A stretch of 64,000 nucleotides of DNA from Paramoeba atlantica. Taxonomy: Eukaryota; Protista; Discosea. Positions 9,205 through 22,363 of the stretch are shown here, piece after piece (the first letter of the stretch is position 1; every line of letters begins with the position of its first letter). A program made the translations under genes and the position numbers. The DNA lies in assembly GCA_977017575.1 (NCBI GenBank), contig CDRNVI010000004.1, positions 372,001-436,000 on the forward strand, read 5' to 3'. Under the pieces are notes generated by a model, which made no database searches, had not been told where the DNA came from, and saw only the letters and a list, made by a program, of their open reading frames with translations.

Positions 9205-12200
9205 AAAAGATGGTCTTAACAAAAAGATGGTCTTAACAAAAAGATGGTCTTAACAAAAAGATGGTCTTAACAAAAAGATGGTCTTAACAAAAAGATGGTC
9301 TTAACAAAAAGATGGTCTTAACAAAAAGATGGTCTTAACAAAAAGATGGTCTTAACAAAAAGATGGTCTTAACAAAAAGATGGTCTTAACAAAAAGATGG
9401 TCTTAACAAAAAGATGGTCTTAACAAAAAGATGGTCTTAACAAAAAGATGGTCTTAACAAAAAGATGGTCTTAACAAAAAGATGGTCTTAACAAAAAGAT
9501 GGTCTTAACAAAAAGATGGTCTTAACAAAAAGATGGTCTTAACAAAAAGATGGTCTTAACAAAAAGATGGTCTTAACAAAAAGATGGTCTTAACAAAAAG
9601 ATGGTCTTAACAAAAAGATGGTCTTAACAAAAAGATGGTCTTAACAAAAAGATGGTCTTAACAAAAAGATGGTCTTAACAAAAAGATGGTCTTAACAAAA
9701 AGATGGTCTTAACAAAAAGATGGTCTTAACAAAAAGATGGTCTTAACAAAAAGATGGTCTTAACAAAAAGATGGTCTTAACAAAAAGATGGTCTTAACAA
9801 AAAGATGGTCTTAACAAAAAGATGGTCTTAACAAAAAGATGGTCTTAACAAAAAGATGGTCTTAACAAAAAGATGGTCTTAACAAAAAGATGGTCTTAAC
9901 AAAAAGATGGTCTTAACAAAAAGATGGTCTTAACAAAAAGATGGTCTTAACAAAAAGATGGTCTTAACAAAAAGATGGTCTTAACAAAAAGATGGTCTTA
10001 ACAAAAAGATGGTCTTAACAAAAAGATGGTCTTAACAAAAAGATGGTCTTAACAAAAAGATGGTCTTAACAAAAAGATGGTCTTAACAAAAAGATGGTCT
10101 TAACAAAAAGATGGTCTTAACAAAAAGATGGTCTTAACAAAAAGATGGTCTTAACAAAAAGATGGTCTTAACAAAAAGATGGTCTTAACAAAAAGATGGT
10201 CTTAACAAAAAGATGGTCTTAACAAAAAGATGGTCTTAACAAAAAGATGGTCTTAACAAAAAGATGGTCTTAACAAAAAGATGGTCTTAACAAAAAGATG
10301 GTCTTAACAAAAAGATGGTCTTAACAAAAAGATGGTCTTAACAAAAAGATGGTCTTAACAAAAAGATGGTCTTAACAAAAAGATGGTCTTAACAAAAAGA
10401 TGGTCTTAACAAAAAGATGGTCTTAACAAAAAGATGGTCTTAACAAAAAGATGGTCTTAACAAAAAGATGGTCTTAACAAAAAGATGGTCTTAACAAAAA
10501 GATGGTCTTAACAAAAAGATGGTCTTAACAAAAAGATGGTCTTAACAAAAAGATGGTCTTAACAAAAAGATGGTCTTAACAAAAAGATGGTCTTAACAAA
10601 AAGATGGTCTTAACAAAAAGATGGTCTTAACAAAAAGATGGTCTTAACAAAAAGATGGTCTTAACAAAAAGATGGTCTTAACAAAAAGATGGTCTTAACA
10701 AAAAGATGGTCTTAACAAAAAGATGGTCTTAACAAAAAGATGGTCTTAACAAAAAGATGGTCTTAACAAAAAGATGGTCTTAACAAAAAGATGGTCTTAA
10801 CAAAAAGATGGTCTTAACAAAAAGATGGTCTTAACAAAAAGATGGTCTTAACAAAAAGATGGTCTTAACAAAAAGATGGTCTTAACAAAAAGATGGTCTT
10901 AACAAAAAGATGGTCTTAACAAAAAGATGGTCTTAACAAAAAGATGGTCTTAACAAAAAGATGGTCTTAACAAAAAGATGGTCTTAACAAAAAGATGGTC
11001 TTAACAAAAAGATGGTCTTAACAAAAAGATGGTCTTAACAAAAAGATGGTCTTAACAAAAAGATGGTCTTAACAAAAAGATGGTCTTAACAAAAAGATGG
11101 TCTTAACAAAAAGATGGTCTTAACAAAAAGATGGTCTTAACAAAAAGATGGTCTTAACAAAAAGATGGTCTTAACAAAAAGATGGTCTTAACAAAAAGAT
11201 GGTCTTAACAAAAAGATGGTCTTAACAAAAAGATGGTCTTAACAAAAAGATGGTCTTAACAAAAAGATGGTCTTAACAAAAAGATGGTCTTAACAAAAAG
11301 ATGGTCTTAACAAAAAGATGGTCTTAACAAAAAGATGGTCTTAACAAAAAGATGGTCTTAACAAAAAGATGGTCTTAACAAAAAGATGGTCTTAACAAAA
11401 AGATGGTCTTAACAAAAAGATGGTCTTAACAAAAAGATGGTCTTAACAAAAAGATGGTCTTAACAAAAAGATGGTCTTAACAAAAAGATGGTCTTAACAA
11501 AAAGATGGTCTTAACAAAAAGATGGTCTTAACAAAAAGATGGTCTTAACAAAAAGATGGTCTTAACAAAAAGATGGTCTTAACAAAAAGATGGTCTTAAC
11601 AAAAAGATGGTCTTAACAAAAAGATGGTCTTAACAAAAAGATGGTCTTAACAAAAAGATGGTCTTAACAAAAAGATGGTCTTAACAAAAAGATGGTCTTA
11701 ACAAAAAGATGGTCTTAACAAAAAGATGGTCTTAACAAAAAGATGGTCTTAACAAAAAGATGGTCTTAACAAAAAGATGGTCTTAACAAAAAGATGGTCT
11801 TAACAAAAAGATGGTCTTAACAAAAAGATGGTCTTAACAAAAAGATGGTCTTAACAAAAAGATGGTCTTAACAAAAAGATGGTCTTAACAAAAAGATGGT
11901 CTTAACAAAAAGATGGTCTTAACAAAAAGATGGTCTTAACAAAAAGATGGTCTTAACAAAAAGATGGTCTTAACAAAAAGATGGTCTTAACAAAAAGATG
12001 GTCTTAACAAAAAGATGGTCTTAACAAAAAGATGGTCTTAACAAAAAGATGGTCTTAACAAAAAGATGGTCTTAACAAAAAGATGGTCTTAACAAAAAGA
12101 TGGTCTTAACAAAAAGATGGTCTTAACAAAAAGATGGTCTTAACAAAAAGATGGTCTTAACAAAAAGATGGTCTTAACAAAAAGATGGTCTTAACAAAAA

Positions 12201-15200
12201 GATGGTCTTAACAAAAAGATGGTCTTAACAAAAAGATGGTCTTAACAAAAAGATGGTCTTAACAAAAAGATGGTCTTAACAAAAAGATGGTCTTAACAAA
12301 AAGATGGTCTTAACAAAAAGATGGTCTTAACAAAAAGATGGTCTTAACAAAAAGATGGTCTTAACAAAAAGATGGTCTTAACAAAAAGATGGTCTTAACA
12401 AAAAGATGGTCTTAACAAAAAGATGGTCTTAACAAAAAGATGGTCTTAACAAAAAGATGGTCTTAACAAAAAGATGGTCTTAACAAAAAGATGGTCTTAA
12501 CAAAAAGATGGTCTTAACAAAAAGATGGTCTTAACAAAAAGATGGTCTTAACAAAAAGATGGTCTTAACAAAAAGATGGTCTTAACAAAAAGATGGTCTT
12601 AACAAAAAGATGGTCTTAACAAAAAGATGGTCTTAACAAAAAGATGGTCTTAACAAAAAGATGGTCTTAACAAAAAGATGGTCTTAACAAAAAGATGGTC
12701 TTAACAAAAAGATGGTCTTAACAAAAAGATGGTCTTAACAAAAAGATGGTCTTAACAAAAAGATGGTCTTAACAAAAAGATGGTCTTAACAAAAAGATGG
12801 TCTTAACAAAAAGATGGTCTTAACAAAAAGATGGTCTTAACAAAAAGATGGTCTTAACAAAAAGATGGTCTTAACAAAAAGATGGTCTTAACAAAAAGAT
12901 GGTCTTAACAAAAAGATGGTCTTAACAAAAAGATGGTCTTAACAAAAAGATGGTCTTAACAAAAAGATGGTCTTAACAAAAAGATGGTCTTAACAAAAAG
13001 ATGGTCTTAACAAAAAGATGGTCTTAACAAAAAGATGGTCTTAACAAAAAGATGGTCTTAACAAAAAGATGGTCTTAACAAAAAGATGGTCTTAACAAAA
13101 AGATGGTCTTAACAAAAAGATGGTCTTAACAAAAAGATGGTCTTAACAAAAAGATGGTCTTAACAAAAAGATGGTCTTAACAAAAAGATGGTCTTAACAA
13201 AAAGATGGTCTTAACAAAAAGATGGTCTTAACAAAAAGATGGTCTTAACAAAAAGATGGTCTTAACAAAAAGATGGTCTTAACAAAAAGATGGTCTTAAC
13301 AAAAAGATGGTCTTAACAAAAAGATGGTCTTAACAAAAAGATGGTCTTAACAAAAAGATGGTCTTAACAAAAAGATGGTCTTAACAAAAAGATGGTCTTA
13401 ACAAAAAGATGGTCTTAACAAAAAGATGGTCTTAACAAAAAGATGGTCTTAACAAAAAGATGGTCTTAACAAAAAGATGGTCTTAACAAAAAGATGGTCT
13501 TAACAAAAAGATGGTCTTAACAAAAAGATGGTCTTAACAAAAAGATGGTCTTAACAAAAAGATGGTCTTAACAAAAAGATGGTCTTAACAAAAAGATGGT
13601 CTTAACAAAAAGATGGTCTTAACAAAAAGATGGTCTTAACAAAAAGATGGTCTTAACAAAAAGATGGTCTTAACAAAAAGATGGTCTTAACAAAAAGATG
13701 GTCTTAACAAAAAGATGGTCTTAACAAAAAGATGGTCTTAACAAAAAGATGGTCTTAACAAAAAGATGGTCTTAACAAAAAGATGGTCTTAACAAAAAGA
13801 TGGTCTTAACAAAAAGATGGTCTTAACAAAAAGATGGTCTTAACAAAAAGATGGTCTTAACAAAAAGATGGTCTTAACAAAAAGATGGTCTTAACAAAAA
13901 GATGGTCTTAACAAAAAGATGGTCTTAACAAAAAGATGGTCTTAACAAAAAGATGGTCTTAACAAAAAGATGGTCTTAACAAAAAGATGGTCTTAACAAA
14001 AAGATGGTCTTAACAAAAAGATGGTCTTAACAAAAAGATGGTCTTAACAAAAAGATGGTCTTAACAAAAAGATGGTCTTAACAAAAAGATGGTCTTAACA
14101 AAAAGATGGTCTTAACAAAAAGATGGTCTTAACAAAAAGATGGTCTTAACAAAAAGATGGTCTTAACAAAAAGATGGTCTTAACAAAAAGATGGTCTTAA
14201 CAAAAAGATGGTCTTAACAAAAAGATGGTCTTAACAAAAAGATGGTCTTAACAAAAAGATGGTCTTAACAAAAAGATGGTCTTAACAAAAAGATGGTCTT
14301 AACAAAAAGATGGTCTTAACAAAAAGATGGTCTTAACAAAAAGATGGTCTTAACAAAAAGATGGTCTTAACAAAAAGATGGTCTTAACAAAAAGATGGTC
14401 TTAACAAAAAGATGGTCTTAACAAAAAGATGGTCTTAACAAAAAGATGGTCTTAACAAAAAGATGGTCTTAACAAAAAGATGGTCTTAACAAAAAGATGG
14501 TCTTAACAAAAAGATGGTCTTAACAAAAAGATGGTCTTAACAAAAAGATGGTCTTAACAAAAAGATGGTCTTAACAAAAAGATGGTCTTAACAAAAAGAT
14601 GGTCTTAACAAAAAGATGGTCTTAACAAAAAGATGGTCTTAACAAAAAGATGGTCTTAACAAAAAGATGGTCTTAACAAAAAGATGGTCTTAACAAAAAG
14701 ATGGTCTTAACAAAAAGATGGTCTTAACAAAAAGATGGTCTTAACAAAAAGATGGTCTTAACAAAAAGATGGTCTTAACAAAAAGATGGTCTTAACAAAA
14801 AGATGGTCTTAACAAAAAGATGGTCTTAACAAAAAGATGGTCTTAACAAAAAGATGGTCTTAACAAAAAGATGGTCTTAACAAAAAGATGGTCTTAACAA
14901 AAAGATGGTCTTAACAAAAAGATGGTCTTAACAAAAAGATGGTCTTAACAAAAAGATGGTCTTAACAAAAAGATGGTCTTAACAAAAAGATGGTCTTAAC
15001 AAAAAGATGGTCTTAACAAAAAGATGGTCTTAACAAAAAGATGGTCTTAACAAAAAGATGGTCTTAACAAAAAGATGGTCTTAACAAAAAGATGGTCTTA
15101 ACAAAAAGATGGTCTTAACAAAAAGATGGTCTTAACAAAAAGATGGTCTTAACAAAAAGATGGTCTTAACAAAAAGATGGTCTTAACAAAAAGATGGTCT

Positions 15201-18200
15201 TAACAAAAAGATGGTCTTAACAAAAAGATGGTCTTAACAAAAAGATGGTCTTAACAAAAAGATGGTCTTAACAAAAAGATGGTCTTAACAAAAAGATGGT
15301 CTTAACAAAAAGATGGTCTTAACAAAAAGATGGTCTTAACAAAAAGATGGTCTTAACAAAAAGATGGTCTTAACAAAAAGATGGTCTTAACAAAAAGATG
15401 GTCTTAACAAAAAGATGGTCTTAACAAAAAGATGGTCTTAACAAAAAGATGGTCTTAACAAAAAGATGGTCTTAACAAAAAGATGGTCTTAACAAAAAGA
15501 TGGTCTTAACAAAAAGATGGTCTTAACAAAAAGATGGTCTTAACAAAAAGATGGTCTTAACAAAAAGATGGTCTTAACAAAAAGATGGTCTTAACAAAAA
15601 GATGGTCTTAACAAAAAGATGGTCTTAACAAAAAGATGGTCTTAACAAAAAGATGGTCTTAACAAAAAGATGGTCTTAACAAAAAGATGGTCTTAACAAA
15701 AAGATGGTCTTAACAAAAAGATGGTCTTAACAAAAAGATGGTCTTAACAAAAAGATGGTCTTAACAAAAAGATGGTCTTAACAAAAAGATGGTCTTAACA
15801 AAAAGATGGTCTTAACAAAAAGATGGTCTTAACAAAAAGATGGTCTTAACAAAAAGATGGTCTTAACAAAAAGATGGTCTTAACAAAAAGATGGTCTTAA
15901 CAAAAAGATGGTCTTAACAAAAAGATGGTCTTAACAAAAAGATGGTCTTAACAAAAAGATGGTCTTAACAAAAAGATGGTCTTAACAAAAAGATGGTCTT
16001 AACAAAAAGATGGTCTTAACAAAAAGATGGTCTTAACAAAAAGATGGTCTTAACAAAAAGATGGTCTTAACAAAAAGATGGTCTTAACAAAAAGATGGTC
16101 TTAACAAAAAGATGGTCTTAACAAAAAGATGGTCTTAACAAAAAGATGGTCTTAACAAAAAGATGGTCTTAACAAAAAGATGGTCTTAACAAAAAGATGG
16201 TCTTAACAAAAAGATGGTCTTAACAAAAAGATGGTCTTAACAAAAAGATGGTCTTAACAAAAAGATGGTCTTAACAAAAAGATGGTCTTAACAAAAAGAT
16301 GGTCTTAACAAAAAGATGGTCTTAACAAAAAGATGGTCTTAACAAAAAGATGGTCTTAACAAAAAGATGGTCTTAACAAAAAGATGGTCTTAACAAAAAG
16401 ATGGTCTTAACAAAAAGATGGTCTTAACAAAAAGATGGTCTTAACAAAAAGATGGTCTTAACAAAAAGATGGTCTTAACAAAAAGATGGTCTTAACAAAA
16501 AGATGGTCTTAACAAAAAGATGGTCTTAACAAAAAGATGGTCTTAACAAAAAGATGGTCTTAACAAAAAGATGGTCTTAACAAAAAGATGGTCTTAACAA
16601 AAAGATGGTCTTAACAAAAAGATGGTCTTAACAAAAAGATGGTCTTAACAAAAAGATGGTCTTAACAAAAAGATGGTCTTAACAAAAAGATGGTCTTAAC
16701 AAAAAGATGGTCTTAACAAAAAGATGGTCTTAACAAAAAGATGGTCTTAACAAAAAGATGGTCTTAACAAAAAGATGGTCTTAACAAAAAGATGGTCTTA
16801 ACAAAAAGATGGTCTTAACAAAAAGATGGTCTTAACAAAAAGATGGTCTTAACAAAAAGATGGTCTTAACAAAAAGATGGTCTTAACAAAAAGATGGTCT
16901 TAACAAAAAGATGGTCTTAACAAAAAGATGGTCTTAACAAAAAGATGGTCTTAACAAAAAGATGGTCTTAACAAAAAGATGGTCTTAACAAAAAGATGGT
17001 CTTAACAAAAAGATGGTCTTAACAAAAAGATGGTCTTAACAAAAAGATGGTCTTAACAAAAAGATGGTCTTAACAAAAAGATGGTCTTAACAAAAAGATG
17101 GTCTTAACAAAAAGATGGTCTTAACAAAAAGATGGTCTTAACAAAAAGATGGTCTTAACAAAAAGATGGTCTTAACAAAAAGATGGTCTTAACAAAAAGA
17201 TGGTCTTAACAAAAAGATGGTCTTAACAAAAAGATGGTCTTAACAAAAAGATGGTCTTAACAAAAAGATGGTCTTAACAAAAAGATGGTCTTAACAAAAA
17301 GATGGTCTTAACAAAAAGATGGTCTTAACAAAAAGATGGTCTTAACAAAAAGATGGTCTTAACAAAAAGATGGTCTTAACAAAAAGATGGTCTTAACAAA
17401 AAGATGGTCTTAACAAAAAGATGGTCTTAACAAAAAGATGGTCTTAACAAAAAGATGGTCTTAACAAAAAGATGGTCTTAACAAAAAGATGGTCTTAACA
17501 AAAAGATGGTCTTAACAAAAAGATGGTCTTAACAAAAAGATGGTCTTAACAAAAAGATGGTCTTAACAAAAAGATGGTCTTAACAAAAAGATGGTCTTAA
17601 CAAAAAGATGGTCTTAACAAAAAGATGGTCTTAACAAAAAGATGGTCTTAACAAAAAGATGGTCTTAACAAAAAGATGGTCTTAACAAAAAGATGGTCTT
17701 AACAAAAAGATGGTCTTAACAAAAAGATGGTCTTAACAAAAAGATGGTCTTAACAAAAAGATGGTCTTAACAAAAAGATGGTCTTAACAAAAAGATGGTC
17801 TTAACAAAAAGATGGTCTTAACAAAAAGATGGTCTTAACAAAAAGATGGTCTTAACAAAAAGATGGTCTTAACAAAAAGATGGTCTTAACAAAAAGATGG
17901 TCTTAACAAAAAGATGGTCTTAACAAAAAGATGGTCTTAACAAAAAGATGGTCTTAACAAAAAGATGGTCTTAACAAAAAGATGGTCTTAACAAAAAGAT
18001 GGTCTTAACAAAAAGATGGTCTTAACAAAAAGATGGTCTTAACAAAAAGATGGTCTTAACAAAAAGATGGTCTTAACAAAAAGATGGTCTTAACAAAAAG
18101 ATGGTCTTAACAAAAAGATGGTCTTAACAAAAAGATGGTCTTAACAAAAAGATGGTCTTAACAAAAAGATGGTCTTAACAAAAAGATGGTCTTAACAAAA

Positions 18201-19871
18201 AGATGGTCTTAACAAAAAGATGGTCTTAACAAAAAGATGGTCTTAACAAAAAGATGGTCTTAACAAAAAGATGGTCTTAACAAAAAGATGGTCTTAACAA
18301 AAAGATGGTCTTAACAAAAAGATGGTCTTAACAAAAAGATGGTCTTAACAAAAAGATGGTCTTAACAAAAAGATGGTCTTAACAAAAAGATGGTCTTAAC
18401 AAAAAGATGGTCTTAACAAAAAGATGGTCTTAACAAAAAGATGGTCTTAACAAAAAGATGGTCTTAACAAAAAGATGGTCTTAACAAAAAGATGGTCTTA
18501 ACAAAAAGATGGTCTTAACAAAAAGATGGTCTTAACAAAAAGATGGTCTTAACAAAAAGATGGTCTTAACAAAAAGATGGTCTTAACAAAAAGATGGTCT
18601 TAACAAAAAGATGGTCTTAACAAAAAGATGGTCTTAACAAAAAGATGGTCTTAACAAAAAGATGGTCTTAACAAAAAGATGGTCTTAACAAAAAGATGGT
18701 CTTAACAAAAAGATGGTCTTAACAAAAAGATGGTCTTAACAAAAAGATGGTCTTAACAAAAAGATGGTCTTAACAAAAAGATGGTCTTAACAAAAAGATG
18801 GTCTTAACAAAAAGATGGTCTTAACAAAAAGATGGTCTTAACAAAAAGATGGTCTTAACAAAAAGATGGTCTTAACAAAAAGATGGTCTTAACAAAAAGA
18901 TGGTCTTAACAAAAAGATGGTCTTAACAAAAAGATGGTCTTAACAAAAAGATGGTCTTAACAAAAAGATGGTCTTAACAAAAAGATGGTCTTAACAAAAA
19001 GATGGTCTTAACAAAAAGATGGTCTTAACAAAAAGATGGTCTTAACAAAAAGATGGTCTTAACAAAAAGATGGTCTTAACAAAAAGATGGTCTTAACAAA
19101 AAGATGGTCTTAACAAAAAGATGGTCTTAACAAAAAGATGGTCTTAACAAAAAGATGGTCTTAACAAAAAGATGGTCTTAACAAAAAGATGGTCTTAACA
19201 GAAAGATGGTCTTAACAAAAAGATGGTCTTAACAAAAAGATGGTCTTAACAAAAAGATGGTCTTAACAAAAAGATGGTCTTAACAAAAAGATGGTCTTAA
19301 CAAAAAGATGGTCTTAACAAAAAGATGGTCTTAACAAAAAGATGGTCTTAACAAAAAGATGGTCTTAACAAAAAGATGGTCTTAACAAAAAGATGGTCTT
19401 AACAAAAAGATGGTCTTAACAAAAAGATGGTCTTAACAAAAAGATGGTCTTAACAAAAAGATGGTCTTAACAAAAAGATGGTCTTAACAAAAAGATGGTC
19501 TTAACAAAAAGATGGTCTTAACAAAAAGATGGTCTTAACAAAAAGATGGTCTTAACAAAAAGATGGTCTTAACAAAAAGATGGTCTTAACAAAAAGATGG
19601 TCTTAACAAAAAGATGGTCTTAACAAAAAGATGGTCTTAACAAAAAGATGGTCTTAACAAAAAGATGGTCTTAACAAAAAGATGGTCTTAACAAAAAGAT
19701 GGTCTTAACAAAAAGATGGTCTTAACAAAAAGATGGTCTTAACAAAAAGATGGTCTTAACAAAAAGATGGTCTTAACAAAAAGATGGTCTTAACAAAAAG
19801 ATGGTCATTAACAAAAAGATGGTCTTAACAAAAAGATGGTCTTAACAAAAAGATGGTCTTAACAAAAAGAT
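9205..19871. repeat. 17-bp tandem array (AAAAAGATGGTCTTAAC)n, about 627 units
   Basis: Direct reading. The only variants seen are A>G at 19201 and a 1-nt insertion at 19807. Confidence 0.99.
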
Positions 19872-21037
19872 CTAGTCAAAGTACAGAAACGGACAATTCT
19901 TGCACCCCCCGTCAACGTGCCTTGAGCGACGCAATCTCGGCGCACGAATTTTCATGTGCGTACGCAGCGGCAGACAGTAGCACTCGCGCGAGGTACACCT
20001 CTCAGACTGGAGATGGGGCCAGCAGCTGGGCATTTTGCATCCCATCAACAGAGCTTGGCCACGCTTACACACCCACAGAATTCCGCGCCCTCTCCAGGTG
20101 GTGGTTAGGTGCCAAGGTCTACAACGAGTTGAGCACGTGCCCAATTAACACATGCCAACAACCTCTCGACCTCGAAGGAAACCATGCTGTGTCTTGCAAA
20201 AGTGGGAATGGACTGATCTCCCGCCACAATGCGCTCATTACACAATTCACCGACACGTGCTCCAAGGCGAATTTATCACCTTCACGTGAGGTAAGCCTGG
20301 GGAACCTAGGGCCTGGCGGCTGTCCCACGAGGCCGGGCGATGTCTTTATTCCGGGCTATGAGAAAGCTCAAGGTCTGGTGCTTGATTTTGCTGTCACCCA
20401 CGTTCAGCAACCTAAATACACGGACTTAGTCCGCAACGCTAACGGGGTGGCGGCAGGATCATTTGCGGAGCACTACGCCGCTTCTCACAAGGTGAAAGAG
20501 AGAGAGGAGGCGGAACAAGCAAAACATGTGTTTGTTGCCATGGTGGTAGAATCATATGGTGCTTGGAGTGCAAGTGCCCTATCAATCCTTAGATGGGTTG
20601 GGAAGCATCGCGCCTCATGTTCCCAGGGGACTCTATCTCAAGAAGCAGCTACCCGTCAGCTGCTTCAAGAGCTTAACCTCACCCTGATGCGTTCTCAATC
20701 GAGAATGCTTGTCTCACGCATGCCTGGCTGAAGATCCACAACCGGCACTTATTTTGCAGTAGCCTAAACCAAGGCTCGCGGATCCCGGCATGTTCGAAGG
20801 CTGAGGGTGCTGGTCTCGTCGACAGAGTCTATACTCACGCCTAGTCCGTCAGGGCTAGGTACCCCAAGTGAGGTAGTACACGGGTAGTGAATCTCCTCCC
20901 CGTCGGCCAGCATCCTGTTTCGCGACCGTGTCGCTGTCGACACAGGCCCGCGCCTGCGCCCTCCCGTATAACAAGGGAAGGGTCCACAAGTCAGGCCGTG
21001 GAGAGGTCGAAAGACCCGGTCCGGAACGCGCGAATGG
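19872..21037 (+). mobile_element. 5'-truncated CRE-like RLE non-LTR retrotransposon (family A'): endonuclease region 19872-20731 plus conserved 3' UTR
   Basis: CCHC knuckle CPINTC...HAVSC, RHNAL, RPGDV and LDFAVTH; homologous to the C-terminus of the 22364 ORF. Confidence 0.9.
20805..21037 (+). other. Conserved structured 3' UTR segment of family A' (second copy at 26335-26568)
   Basis: About 10 differences in about 220 nt between the two copies by eye; stems show compensatory changes. Confidence 0.7.
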
Positions 21038-21283
21038 TTGAGGAGCCGCCTGCAGGCCTGGTGAGGCGAAGCTGAGGGAGACCTTACCCCCCCTGAAAAG
21101 TTGAAAAGTTGGGTAGGGGAAAGCAGGAAAGTAGGGAGAAAGGTGGGAAAAGTATGTCAAGAGGTGAGAAAGAGGAGAAAGAGAGAGAAAAATTTTCTTT
21201 ATTTGCATAAAAACAAAAAAAAAAAAAAAAATTTTTGATACTTACTTCGCGAAGTTGATATTACAGTACTGGTGAAGATAATG

Positions 21284-21315
<32 letters not shown>

Positions 21316-21319
<4 letters not shown>

Positions 21320-21870
21320 ACACCGATGCCTCGGTGAAAGGGTGGGGAGCGATTATGTATTTAGACAGCGGAGAGGTTTTGATTACGGGAGAGGCGTGGC
21401 CTGAGTCATCCTCGTATGAGGTGAACCGTGCGGAAGCTGCAGCAGTCCGCTTAGCCCTCGAGAAGTTTTCCGCGCATTGCCCCCGTGGAACCTGCTTGGA
21501 TGTTTTTGTTGACAACACCTCCTGTCAGGCTGCACTGAACAGGAGGATCTCCAAGTCAGAGGGGGTTTCAATGGAATTGCGCGAAGTCCTGCGACTGACA
21601 GAGGACAAAGGTATTTGTGTCAAGGCAGCGTACATATCCACGGCGGATGCTGTCATACCCGGCGGATGCTGTCAGTCGCGGGAAGGAGATTGAGAGAGAG
21701 AAGGTTGAGAAATATAAAGGCAACATCGACAAATACAGCGATAATCAGCATCATCATATTGGTAAGCTAGACAGTCATATTGAAGGAAAACCCTAGGGGA
21801 CAGGATCACCAAATACAAAAAAAAAAAAAAAAAAAACAAGACAAGAAAAAAAGAAAAAAAAAAAAAAAAA
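21316..21870 (+). pseudogene. PolyA-flanked copy of the YR-3 RNase H end plus downstream flank (identical to 52747 onward)
   Basis: Same sequence, including the same frameshifting duplication near 21641-21675; preceded and followed by A tracts. Confidence 0.9.
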
Positions 21871-21889
21871 GAGGGGCTATGAGCCCTCC

Positions 21890-22234
21890 TTCCGGGCTAT
21901 GAGAAAGCTCAAGGTCTGGTGCTTGATTTTGCTGTCACCCACGTTCAGCAACCTAAATACACGGACTTAGTCCGCAACGCTAACGGGGTGGCGGCAGGAT
22001 CATTTGCGGAGCACTACGCCGCTTCTCACAAGGTGAAAGAGAGAGAGGAGGCGGAACAAGCAAAACATGTGTTTGTTGCCATGGTGGTAGAATCATATGG
22101 TGCTTGGAGTGCAAGTGCCCTATCAATCCTTAGATGGGTTGGGAAGCATCGCGCCTCATGTTCCCAGGGGACTCTATCTCAAGAAGCAGCTACCCGTCAG
22201 CTGCTTCAAGAGCTTAACCTCACCCTGATGCGTT
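21890..22234 (+). pseudogene. 345-bp duplicate of family A' RLE coding sequence (20349-20693)
   Basis: Identical by eye; encodes LDFAVTHVQQPKYTD...LNLTLMR. Confidence 0.92.
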
Positions 22235-22287
22235 TCAGGGTGAGCCTTTCCAGGGTTCAAAAAGAAGAGTGCGTTTCCAGGGTTCAA

Positions 22288-22313
22288 AAAGATACAGTTT
22301 CTGTACCTTGTTG
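22288..22313 (+). other. Partial spliced-leader exon (nt 14-39) heading the family A element
   Basis: AAAGATACAGTTTCTGTACCTTGTTG contains the CAGTTTCTGTAC core conserved in kinetoplastid/diplonemid SL; no GT donor follows. Confidence 0.8.
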
Positions 22314-22363
22314 AATTATTTTTCCTTTCTTTAGTTACTCCCCGGGGATTAGCGTCCTTCCCC

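Noticed and set aside
19853-19871. ATG start for the 292-aa ORF
   Set aside because: The ATG comes from the last satellite unit and the element is 5'-truncated. An in-frame join has about a one-in-three chance.
20980-21037. Terminal hairpin as SRP helix 8, group II intron domain V, hammerhead or RNase P CR-I
   Set aside because: Only a GAAA tetraloop is shared; the diagnostic motifs of each are absent.
21236-21250. ATACTTAC resembling the U1 snRNA 5' end
   Set aside because: Only 8 nt match, with no CTGG continuation, U1 stem-loops or Sm site.
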